Source: Chlamydiales bacterium (GTDB lineage: Bacteria; Chlamydiota; Chlamydiia; Chlamydiales; SM23-39). Taken from it: DNA of 32,000 bases. The stretch covers positions 1,170,001 through 1,202,000 of the forward strand of contig OZ253438.1 in the NCBI GenBank assembly GCA_965261025.1. Direction: 5' to 3'. The notes under the pieces are model-generated. The model saw only the letters and a program-made list of their open reading frames with translations, was not told the origin of the DNA and searched no databases. This document shows, in pieces, positions 16,181-23,989 of this stretch. Both the position numbers and the translations under genes were made by a program. Position 1 is the first letter of the stretch. Every line of letters starts with the position of its first letter.

Positions 16181-17124
16181 GTATTTTGGTAACAGGGGCT
16201 TCCGGATTTTTAGGGAAGTTTTTAGTAGAGACTCTCTTAAAACGAGGGAAAAAAGTAATTGCTTTGGATAGCAAGAAAGCAGATCTTACCGAAAAAGGCT
16301 CTTTAAGGGATTTTGATTCTTATAATATTTCTACGATTTACCACTTAGCCGCTTGGACACAAGCAGGAGATTTTTGCCTTTATCATTCAGCACAGCAGTG
16401 GTTTATTAATCAAAAGATCAACTTGCACGTCTTAGATTGGTGGGTAAAAAAACAGCCTCAAGCCAAAATGGTAAGTATAGGAACTAGCTGTTCTTATGAT
16501 CCAGAACACCCTTTGAAAGAGGAATTTTACCTTCAAGGAAAACCAATAGATAGTCTGTTTACCTATGCTATGACAAAAAGAATGCTTCTTACGGGTTTAC
16601 AAGCTGTGAACAGGCAATATGGACTGAAGTATTTATATGTGATCCCCTCTACCCTTTATGGTCCCAGCTATCATGAGGATGGAAGGCAAATGCATTTTAT
16701 CTTTGACTTGGTTCGTAAAATTTTAGAGGGAAAGTTTTGCGGAAAACCTGTTATCTTATGGGGGGATGGGAAGCAAGAAAGAGAAATAATTCATGTGTTT
16801 GACTTTATAAGAACGCTTTTAGAATTGGAAGAAACTACATCAGATACATGGATTAACATAGGGGCCGGGAAAGGTTACTCTATTAGGGATTTTGCCCAAA
16901 AAATTTGCAAGCTGGTTGGCTTTCCCTGGGAAAAAGTTCAGTTTGATAGTTCTCGTTATGTAGGAGCAAGATCAAAGATTTTAGATATAGAAAAACTGCG
17001 AAAGCTTAGACCCAATCTTTCTTTTCTTCCATTGGAGGAAGGATTAAAAGACTTAATTGAATGGTTTTGTATTAAGAAGAATTATTCAGTATTTAAGGCT
17101 GACGTAGAAAGAAATGCAAAATAG
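16177..17124 (+). CDS. GDP-4-keto-6-deoxyhexose epimerase/reductase (GDP-L-fucose synthase / Fcl-like extended SDR)
   Basis: ILVTGASGFLGK, a YAMTK catalytic motif, and PSTLYGP..H plus VQFDSSRYVGARSKILDIEKL, which parallels the E. coli Fcl C-terminus (FDASKPDGTPRKLLDVTRL, recalled from memory). It sits immediately upstream of gmd. Confidence 0.8.
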   Translation: MSILVTGASGFLGKFLVETLLKRGKKVIALDSKKADLTEKGSLRDFDSYNISTIYHLAAWTQAGDFCLYHSAQQWFINQKINLHVLDWWVKKQPQAKMVSIGTSCSYDPEHPLKEEFYLQGKPIDSLFTYAMTKRMLLTGLQAVNRQYGLKYLYVIPSTLYGPSYHEDGRQMHFIFDLVRKILEGKFCGKPVILWGDGKQEREIIHVFDFIRTLLELEETTSDTWINIGAGKGYSIRDFAQKICKLVGFPWEKVQFDSSRYVGARSKILDIEKLRKLRPNLSFLPLEEGLKDLIEWFCIKKNYSVFKADVERNAK

Positions 17125-17148
17125 TAAGGTTTTATTTTAGGTTTATCT

Positions 17149-18189
17149 ATGGCAAAAAAAGCCCTGATTACAGGGATTACAGGGCAAGATGGTTCTTATT
17201 TAGCAGAGCTACTTTTAGAAAAAGGCTACCTAGTACATGGACTAGCCAGAAGAACTTCTTCTTCCTCTTTTACTAGAATTCTTTCGCTCCAAAATCACCC
17301 TAATTTTTTCCTTCATGAAGGAGACCTTACTGACTTTTCTAGCTTAAAAAGACTTTTGGAAGAAATCTCTTTTGAAGAAATCTATAATTTAGCTGCTATG
17401 AGTCATGTCCAAAGCTCTTTTTCCGTTCCCTTAAGCACAGCGGATATAAATGGGTTGGGGGTTTTGCGTTTTCTGGAGCTTTTGAGGAATAGCTCTGCGA
17501 ACACCAAATTTTATCAAGCTTCTACTTCAGAACTTTTTGGTAAAGTAAAACAAGTTCCCCAAAATGAAAATACGGCTTTTCATCCAAGATCTCCTTATGC
17601 TACTTCCAAGCTTTTTGCTTATTGGTCTGTAGTAAACTACCGAGAAGCGTACCATCTTTTTGCCTGTAACGGCATTTTATTTAACCACGAAAGTCCAAGA
17701 AGAGGAGAAAATTTTGTTACCCGAAAAATTACTTTGGCTGCGGCTAGAATAGAACGAGGACTACAAACAGAGCTGGTTTTAGGAAATCTTGAAGCGAAAA
17801 GAGATTGGGGCTATGCCAAAGATTTTGTAGAAGGTATGTGGAGAATCCTTCAGCAAAAAATGCCGGAGGATTTTGTTCTTTCTACAGGGAAGACTCACAG
17901 TGTAAGAGAATTTGTAGAACTTGTCTTTGAGAAAATAGGAAGAAATCTTGTTTGGGAAGGAAAAGGTTTACAAGAGGTGGGAAGAGATCGGAACACGCAA
18001 AAAATTCTTGTGAGAGTCTCTCCCGAATATTTCAGGCCTACCGAAGTAGACTTGCTCCTAGGAGATCCTTCTAAGGCAAAAAAAAAGCTAGGATGGGAGG
18101 CTTCTACTGATCTAAAAAATCTGGCTTCTTTGATGGTAGAAGAAGACAGAAAAACCGTAGAAAGGATCTGTCAGGAAAGCTCCTGTTAG
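17149..18189 (+). CDS. gmd: GDP-mannose 4,6-dehydratase
   Basis: KKALITGITGQDGSYLAELLLEKGYLVHGLARRTSS is almost identical in pattern to canonical Gmd N-termini. Also present: STSELFG, YATSKLFAYW, NHESPRRGENFVTRKIT and RDWGYAKDFVEGMW. Confidence 0.93.
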   Translation: MAKKALITGITGQDGSYLAELLLEKGYLVHGLARRTSSSSFTRILSLQNHPNFFLHEGDLTDFSSLKRLLEEISFEEIYNLAAMSHVQSSFSVPLSTADINGLGVLRFLELLRNSSANTKFYQASTSELFGKVKQVPQNENTAFHPRSPYATSKLFAYWSVVNYREAYHLFACNGILFNHESPRRGENFVTRKITLAAARIERGLQTELVLGNLEAKRDWGYAKDFVEGMWRILQQKMPEDFVLSTGKTHSVREFVELVFEKIGRNLVWEGKGLQEVGRDRNTQKILVRVSPEYFRPTEVDLLLGDPSKAKKKLGWEASTDLKNLASLMVEEDRKTVERICQESSC

Positions 18190-19397
18190 AACACGAAAGA
18201 AGCTCTTTTTTCAAGAGCTCTTTTAGCTAATTCCTTACCTATAGAAAAGGAGGCGGTAGCGGCAGGAGAAGGAGCATTTAATACCTGAAGCGTATTTTTC
18301 GTCTCCTGAATACAAAAGTCGTAAAGAATTTCCCCTTTTCCAGAAATAAGTTGGGAACGAAGCCCTATAAGACCTGGAATTAGATCTTTTTCTGTAATGG
18401 AGGGGATCAGTTTTTGAGCCTCTTGAGTAAACTTTTTTTTATAAAAAGAGCGAAAAAGTTCTATAACTCCGACTTTTGTATTTTTTAGACCCATTTTCCA
18501 AAATCCAGGAAATAGGATCATCTGAAGCACTTGAGAAAAATCAAAGGCTCTTTTCGTATATTTTTTCTTGGAAAAAGCCAAAACCGCATTGGGGCCTACT
18601 TCTACACCACCTTTCATCATAGGAGTAAAATGAATTCCTAAAAAAGGATATCTCAAATCACAGACAGGGTAAATAAGCCCTTTTATCAAAGGGATTTTTT
18701 CAGGAACTAGCTGATAATATTCCCCTCGAAAGGGAATGATTCGTAAAGAGAGGTGAGGAAGCACCATCTTCGCAATTTGATCAGAAAAAATCCCAGCACA
18801 GTTAATGACCAAGGAGGCTCTTATTTCTTTGGTAGTAGTTTGTAAGATAGCCTCTCTCTCATTAGAAAGGAGTTTTTCTGCTTTTTCCTTTAAGAAAAAG
18901 TCAACCCCTTCCTTTCTCAAATTCTCATAAAGTTTTTCTGCTACTTTACAAAATTCTACAATAGCACAAGAGGGAACGGATAAAGCTTTAATCCCTACAG
19001 CATAAGGCTCTTTTTCTTGTAGTTCCTCAGGACCCATCAGACGCAGTCCAGGAATTTGATTAGCCCTTCCTCTTCTTTCTATTTCATATAAGTTAGGAAG
19101 ATCCTCTTCTTTGGTAGCTACAATCACTTTTCCTAAAGGTTTCACAGGAATGTGGTTCTCTTGACAAAAAGCTAAAAGTTCCTTTCTTCCCTCTAAACAG
19201 TTTTTTGCCTTAAAAGATCCAGGAGGATAATAGACCCCTGAATGAACTACCCCGCTATTATGAGAAGTTTGTTGTGATCCTACCTTCTTTTCTTTCTCTA
19301 TGACAGCAATAGAAAGAGAGGGGGCTTTTTTTCGGATCTGGTATGCCGTGCAAAGGCCAACAATTCCTCCTCCCACTATGGTGATATCATATTTCAT
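18186..19397 (-). CDS. FAD-dependent oxidoreductase of the L-2-hydroxyglutarate oxidase/dehydrogenase (LhgO/YgaF) type
   Basis: YDITIVGGGIVGLCTAYQI (GxGxxG) followed by QTSHNSGVVHSGVYYPPGSFKAKNCLEG, which closely follows the LhgO pattern HNSGVIHAGVYYTPGSLKA (recalled from memory). Its stop overlaps the gmd stop (TTAG at 18186-18189). Confidence 0.75.
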   Translation of the reverse strand: MKYDITIVGGGIVGLCTAYQIRKKAPSLSIAVIEKEKKVGSQQTSHNSGVVHSGVYYPPGSFKAKNCLEGRKELLAFCQENHIPVKPLGKVIVATKEEDLPNLYEIERRGRANQIPGLRLMGPEELQEKEPYAVGIKALSVPSCAIVEFCKVAEKLYENLRKEGVDFFLKEKAEKLLSNEREAILQTTTKEIRASLVINCAGIFSDQIAKMVLPHLSLRIIPFRGEYYQLVPEKIPLIKGLIYPVCDLRYPFLGIHFTPMMKGGVEVGPNAVLAFSKKKYTKRAFDFSQVLQMILFPGFWKMGLKNTKVGVIELFRSFYKKKFTQEAQKLIPSITEKDLIPGLIGLRSQLISGKGEILYDFCIQETKNTLQVLNAPSPAATASFSIGKELAKRALEKRASFVF

Positions 19398-20200
19398 GAA
19401 AACCCTATAGAAATTTGGGACAGTTTTTCTCCATAAAGAGCAAAGCTGGTCTTCTCAATATGGTACAATTTTTTCTCGATACTTAGTTCATTTAAGTATC
19501 TATAAACTCCGGGATAATTGGGATCATAATCATGCCAAAGGATAACTCCTTGCAGTGAGAGTTTTTCCAGGACTTTTTGGGTATCCCTTTTTACATTTTC
19601 ATAGGAATGAGAACCGTCAATAAAGCAAAAGTCGATAGCTCCTTTTTTACAAAAAAGGGAAAAATCATATTCTGCGGAATCTCCTAAGTGCTGCACTACT
19701 TTGTGTTCCATGGGAGTGTTTTGGTATTTCCTTTGTTGTTTTTGTAGATCTGTTACAAATTTTACTTCCCTTCTTAAGATAGGAGCGCTTGTTTTTTCTC
19801 CAGAAGAAGGGAGATCAATGGTGTGCACTACGGCTTTTTTTGACGTATTTAAAGCTAGCTGTAAAGTAGTGTTACCGTCAAAGGTGCCTATTTCTACCGA
19901 GTTTGTAGGGTTTAAGGTTTTTACAACAGAGGCGAGTACAAGAAGCTCTAAGTAAGATACGTTACCATCTCGCGTATCACAGTTAAGTAAGGAAATTTCT
20001 CCTGCCTGACGGATCAATTTTTCTGGGGATATTTTTTGTAGTTTGCACGACTTATAAGCTCCGGCAGCATACAAAGAGGTAATGCTGGGTTTTAAGATGG
20101 GTTTAAGGAGCCTGGGATATCGGATAGCAAAAAAAAGGGCTTTTAAGACTCTAGATATTTTGTGAAACTTTTCTGTTTTTATTTTCAAAGTCTCAGACAT
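19394..20200 (-). CDS. Class I SAM-dependent methyltransferase (Methyltransf_24 / TylF-CmcI-like)
   Basis: NSVEIGTFDGNTTLQLA (motif I) and FCFIDGSHSYENVKRD..GVILWHDY. ATG 20200 is preceded by GGAGAGGA and is preferred over the track's TTG at 20281. ATGA overlap with the LhgO-like gene at 19394-19397. Confidence 0.7.
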   Translation of the reverse strand: MSETLKIKTEKFHKISRVLKALFFAIRYPRLLKPILKPSITSLYAAGAYKSCKLQKISPEKLIRQAGEISLLNCDTRDGNVSYLELLVLASVVKTLNPTNSVEIGTFDGNTTLQLALNTSKKAVVHTIDLPSSGEKTSAPILRREVKFVTDLQKQQRKYQNTPMEHKVVQHLGDSAEYDFSLFCKKGAIDFCFIDGSHSYENVKRDTQKVLEKLSLQGVILWHDYDPNYPGVYRYLNELSIEKKLYHIEKTSFALYGEKLSQISIGFS

Positions 20201-20371
20201 AAGTCCTCTCCATATAAGAGTGTTAAAACAGGGGAAGGGTAGGTTATGAACCTTTTTTTGTAAAGAGCAGCCCTCTTTCAAAAAATCCTTTATTCTTTGG
20301 GAAAAATAATTTCCCCTATTTAGTATAAGTGTCCATATTGAATATATTCTGGAAGGCTAAATGGATTTTTT
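20201..20371. promoter_or_regulatory. Divergent intergenic region (methyltransferase/LhgO-like operon on minus, GT4-GT4-FkbM operon on plus)
   Basis: Back-to-back starts in AT-rich sequence. It contains a perfect short inverted repeat, GGGAAA-aataa-TTTCCC, at 20299-20315. Promoter elements were not confidently assignable. Confidence 0.3.
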
Positions 20372-21457
20372 ATGAAAAAATTATGTGTTGATGCCAGAAT
20401 GCTTTTTTCTTCTGGAATCGGAACGTATTTAAGAAATATTCTTCAGGGGCTCCAAAAAGAAAAGCAGTTTACCATCTCTGTAATTGTTCCGGAAAAATTT
20501 GCGCAGGAGAAGGAGATAGCCCCTTTTTCCAAGATCTTTTGTAAAGCACCTATTTATTCGATAGAAGAGCAGCTAGCTCTACCTTTTTTTATTCCCTCTT
20601 GCGATCTTTTTTGGTCTCCTCATTTTAATGTTCCTTTAGCAAAAATTCGGGCTAAAAGACGGATAGTAACCCTTTGCGATATCTACTTTTTCATGCATCA
20701 AAAAAATCTTTCCTGGTTGAAAAAAAAGTATGCGCAGATTTTTTATCAAAAAGCCATAGATGCTTCTGAAAGAGTCATTACCATTTCTTCCTTTTCTGAA
20801 AGAGAGATTAGGGAAAATCTAAAAAGGACGGAGCAAAAAATAGTAACGATTCCGTTGGGAGTAGAGAGACAAGACTTTGTAGAAGGAGAGAAAAAAAGAA
20901 AGCTTCCCTCTTCTTTTTTCTTGTATGTGGGAAATCTAAAACCGAATAAAAATTTGGAGAGACTTTTTAGGGCCTTTTCCAAGCTTTCTTCTGAGAATCC
21001 TTCCCTTTCTTTAGCGGTAATTTCTAGGAGTAAAAAGCAGGAAAGAGAGAAAATTATACGAGAAGCGTTTTCTGGAGAAAAGCTTCCTTCTTCTATCATT
21101 TTTTTTGAAGATGTCTCCAATAAAGAGCTTCCTTTTTTTTATAAAGAAGCAATCTCTTTAGTATTTCCTTCTCTTTATGAAGGATTTGGGCTTCCTCCTT
21201 TAGAGGCTATGATTGCAGAGTGTCCTGTTTTAGCTTCCAATATAGAAGTGATTCAAGAAGTTTGTAAATCTTCAGTTCTCTATTTTGATCCTTATCAAGA
21301 GGGGGAGATATACCAGAGAATGAAACAGGTCTTAGAGGATACACAAATGAGAGAAGAGCTTCGAGAAAAAGGCAAAATCTATGCAAAAAATCTCTCTTGG
21401 GAGAAAACTATAAAGAGTCATGTCACTCTGTTTGAGGAGATTTTGGAGAAGGTATGA
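20372..21457 (+). CDS. Family 4 (GT-B, group 1) glycosyltransferase
   Basis: C-terminal EX7E region is PSLYEGFGLPPLEAMIAECPVLAS. 361 aa. Confidence 0.85.
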   Translation: MKKLCVDARMLFSSGIGTYLRNILQGLQKEKQFTISVIVPEKFAQEKEIAPFSKIFCKAPIYSIEEQLALPFFIPSCDLFWSPHFNVPLAKIRAKRRIVTLCDIYFFMHQKNLSWLKKKYAQIFYQKAIDASERVITISSFSEREIRENLKRTEQKIVTIPLGVERQDFVEGEKKRKLPSSFFLYVGNLKPNKNLERLFRAFSKLSSENPSLSLAVISRSKKQEREKIIREAFSGEKLPSSIIFFEDVSNKELPFFYKEAISLVFPSLYEGFGLPPLEAMIAECPVLASNIEVIQEVCKSSVLYFDPYQEGEIYQRMKQVLEDTQMREELREKGKIYAKNLSWEKTIKSHVTLFEEILEKV

Positions 21458-22587
21458 AAACAGCTTTAGTCCATGATTGGCTAACGTGTTTAGCGGGAGC
21501 AGAAAAAGCGCTTCAGTCTTTATATACACTTTATCCTTCTCCTATTTATACTTTGTTAGCGGATTTTTCCTCTTTAAAAGGGTCTTTTTTTGAGAGAAAA
21601 GAAATTCATACCTCCTTCATTCAAAGACTTCCTTTTGCCAAGAAAAAATATCGAAGCTATCTTCCCTTTTTTCCTTTAGCCATAGAGCAGCTGGATGTTT
21701 CCTCTTATGATCTAGTTCTTTCTTCTTCTCACTGTGCTGCTAAAGGGGTTTTAACCCACGCAGAGCAGCTACACATTTGTTACTGTCATACCCCTGTTCG
21801 GTATGCTTGGGATATGTATCATGAGTATTTATCTATGGGAAATCTAAAAAAAGGAGGAAAGGGGCTTTTAGCAAAGATTTTTCTCCACTACTTTCGTAGC
21901 TGGGATAAACTCTCCGCTAGTAGAGTAGATTATTTTTTAGCTAATTCCCACTTTATAGCAAAAAGGATCGAAAAGGTTTACGGGAGAAAGGCGGAGGTAG
22001 TATTTTTTCCTGTGAATACGAAATTTTTTACCTTTTGCGACAAAAAAGAGGACTTTTACTTAGCGGTTTCAAGACTGGTCCCTTATAAAAAAATGGATGT
22101 AATAGTTCGGGCTTTTCACAATATGCCTGAGAAAAAGCTTATAGTCATCGGAGATGGGCCTGAGCTTTCAAGACTAGAGAAAATGAAATCTTCTAATGTA
22201 TCTTTTATGGGATATCAAAAAGATGAAGTGGTAAGAAGTTATATGCAAAAAGCAAAAGCGTTTTTATATGCTGCCTTAGAAGATGCAGGAGTCGTTCCCG
22301 TAGAAGCCATGAGTTGCGGAACTCCTGTTATTGCTTACGGAAAAGGAGGCATTTTAGATAGCGTAATACCAAAAGTTACAGGGCTTTTTTTCCTAGAACA
22401 AACTCCAAAGGCTTTAGAAGAGGCTATTGAGGCTTTTGAGAAAAGGAGTTTTGATCTAGAAAAAATAAGAGAGCATGCAGAAAATTTTTCTAAGGAAAAC
22501 TTTGAAAAAAGGCTCTATAATAGTATCGAAACAAAAAAAGTAAACTTCTTTACTCCAGGGAAAAGCCATCATGGGTTCCTTTTCTAA
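21454..22587 (+). CDS. Family 4 (GT-B, group 1) glycosyltransferase
   Basis: N-terminus is MKTALVHDWLTCLAGAEKAL, and AALEDAGVVPVEAMSCGTPVIAYGKGG is the EX7E region. 4-nt overlap with the upstream GT4 gene. Confidence 0.85.
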   Translation: MKTALVHDWLTCLAGAEKALQSLYTLYPSPIYTLLADFSSLKGSFFERKEIHTSFIQRLPFAKKKYRSYLPFFPLAIEQLDVSSYDLVLSSSHCAAKGVLTHAEQLHICYCHTPVRYAWDMYHEYLSMGNLKKGGKGLLAKIFLHYFRSWDKLSASRVDYFLANSHFIAKRIEKVYGRKAEVVFFPVNTKFFTFCDKKEDFYLAVSRLVPYKKMDVIVRAFHNMPEKKLIVIGDGPELSRLEKMKSSNVSFMGYQKDEVVRSYMQKAKAFLYAALEDAGVVPVEAMSCGTPVIAYGKGGILDSVIPKVTGLFFLEQTPKALEEAIEAFEKRSFDLEKIREHAENFSKENFEKRLYNSIETKKVNFFTPGKSHHGFLF

Positions 22588-23341
22588 GTATGCTATTCAA
22601 AGGATTGTTCCTCCTTTTTTGTACCGCTTTTTATCTAAGGTAAGACTTCCTGAAGAAGGGCTTGATTTTACGAAATTTTTGCTAGCAAAATATGCAGTAA
22701 GAAGAGGAGGAAGTCTTATCGATGGTGGAGCCCATATAGGGTTTTATTCCAGGTGTTATGCCCAACTTTTAAAGAAAAAACCGGGTCGTCTTTTTTCTTT
22801 TGAACCGAACCCTTATCTTTTTCCTCTTTTGCAAAAGACTAGAGTTCTTCCCAAAGAAAAACATTTTTTTTTCCAAAAAGCTCTGTGTAAGACAAGTGGA
22901 GAAAAAAAAGCTTTTTTTGTGCGCCCCTTTTCTTTGGCAGAAGATAGCTCTTTAAAGCGCCCTTTAGAAAAAAAAGCCTTTAAAAGAATCGAAGTAGAAA
23001 GTTTTTGTCTGGATGATCTTTACAAGAGATATGAACTGAAAGATTGTAAGTTGGTAAAACTGGATGTAGAAGAAAACGAAGCTCTTGTTTTTGAGGGAGC
23101 TGCTCTTTTTTTACAAGAAGTTTCACCTTGGATAATCTTCGAATATACTCAAGAAGAAAAAAAAGAAAATCGTACTCTGCATATTTTGCAAGAAGGGGGA
23201 TACGTTTTTTTTGATTTACAGACCTTTGAGAAGGTAAGCTCTTCTTATAAAAGCCTATTAACAGATTTAGTAGCTGTTGCAAGGAAAGACGAGGAGGAGC
23301 TAAAAAATGTCCTAAGGTCTATTGAGTTCTTAACCGTTTAG
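22571..23341 (+). CDS. FkbM-family SAM-dependent methyltransferase
   Basis: LIDGGAHIGFYS (the FkbM 'DxGAxxG' motif), SFEPNP and VKLDVEENE. Overlaps the upstream GT4 gene by 17 nt. Confidence 0.7.
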   Translation: MGSFSKYAIQRIVPPFLYRFLSKVRLPEEGLDFTKFLLAKYAVRRGGSLIDGGAHIGFYSRCYAQLLKKKPGRLFSFEPNPYLFPLLQKTRVLPKEKHFFFQKALCKTSGEKKAFFVRPFSLAEDSSLKRPLEKKAFKRIEVESFCLDDLYKRYELKDCKLVKLDVEENEALVFEGAALFLQEVSPWIIFEYTQEEKKENRTLHILQEGGYVFFDLQTFEKVSSSYKSLLTDLVAVARKDEEELKNVLRSIEFLTV

Positions 23342-23368
23342 ACTTGCAGCAAAGGGATTTTCGAGGCT

Positions 23369-23989
23369 CTATTCTAAGCGAGAAAAGTTAGGTTTTTGAT
23401 GCTCGTATTGAATAAAATGATAAATTCTAAGGGCAGCTGTAAGCAAAACTAGGGAGCTAAACAGGAGCGTTATCAAAGGGAAAATACCCGGAAAAAGGAT
23501 CATTAAAGAGAAAAATAAAAACGCTTCTGCTCTTTCAATTAGGCCTGAGCTATAATGAAAACTTTTTTGGCCTGTATTTTCTGTAAAAATACCTACAACA
23601 AGAAATGAAGTAACGCAAATTAAGATGGAACCTAGCATAAGTAGGGAGTAGATTCCTCTGGTTTCAGGATGAAATAAAAAAAGAGCTAAAATCACAGAAA
23701 ATTCTACCACACGGTCGCTTATAATATCCAAAGCACTTCCCAAAGGAGAAGACTGGTTTTTTAGTCTTGCCAAAGTTCCATCTAGGGTATCTAAATAGCC
23801 AGAAAATAAAAGACAGATCAAACTTTTCCAGATCGATCCGGTGCTTATGGGTATTGCACTGAGAATTCCGATGAAACAGCTTGCCATAGTAAGATGAGAG
23901 GGAGATAGAAAAGACCAATTTTTTATTTGTTTTGCAAGGGGATCTACCAATAGAGATTGGTAAGGGCCTCGGAAGTATTTTTCTAGCAT
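23369..23989 (-). CDS. CDP-alcohol phosphatidyltransferase family protein
   Basis: Exact family signature D-x2-D-G-x2-A-R-x8-G-x3-D-x3-D in DTLDGTLARLKNQSSPLGSALDIISDRV. Multi-pass membrane protein of 206 aa. Its ATG overlaps the stop of the upstream fusion gene (ATGCTAG at 23983-23989). Confidence 0.85.
   Translation of the reverse strand: MLEKYFRGPYQSLLVDPLAKQIKNWSFLSPSHLTMASCFIGILSAIPISTGSIWKSLICLLFSGYLDTLDGTLARLKNQSSPLGSALDIISDRVVEFSVILALFLFHPETRGIYSLLMLGSILICVTSFLVVGIFTENTGQKSFHYSSGLIERAEAFLFFSLMILFPGIFPLITLLFSSLVLLTAALRIYHFIQYEHQKPNFSRLE

Noticed and set aside
20299-20315. Perfect inverted repeat GGGAAA-aataa-TTTCCC in the divergent promoter region, considered as an operator site
   Set aside because: A 6-bp arm is expected by chance many times in 32 kb. 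I found no second copy or partner half-site in the other divergent regions.
20746-21120. 124-aa antisense ORF inside the first GT4 gene
   Set aside because: Shadow ORF opposite a well-supported glycosyltransferase, with no recognisable motifs or translation signals.
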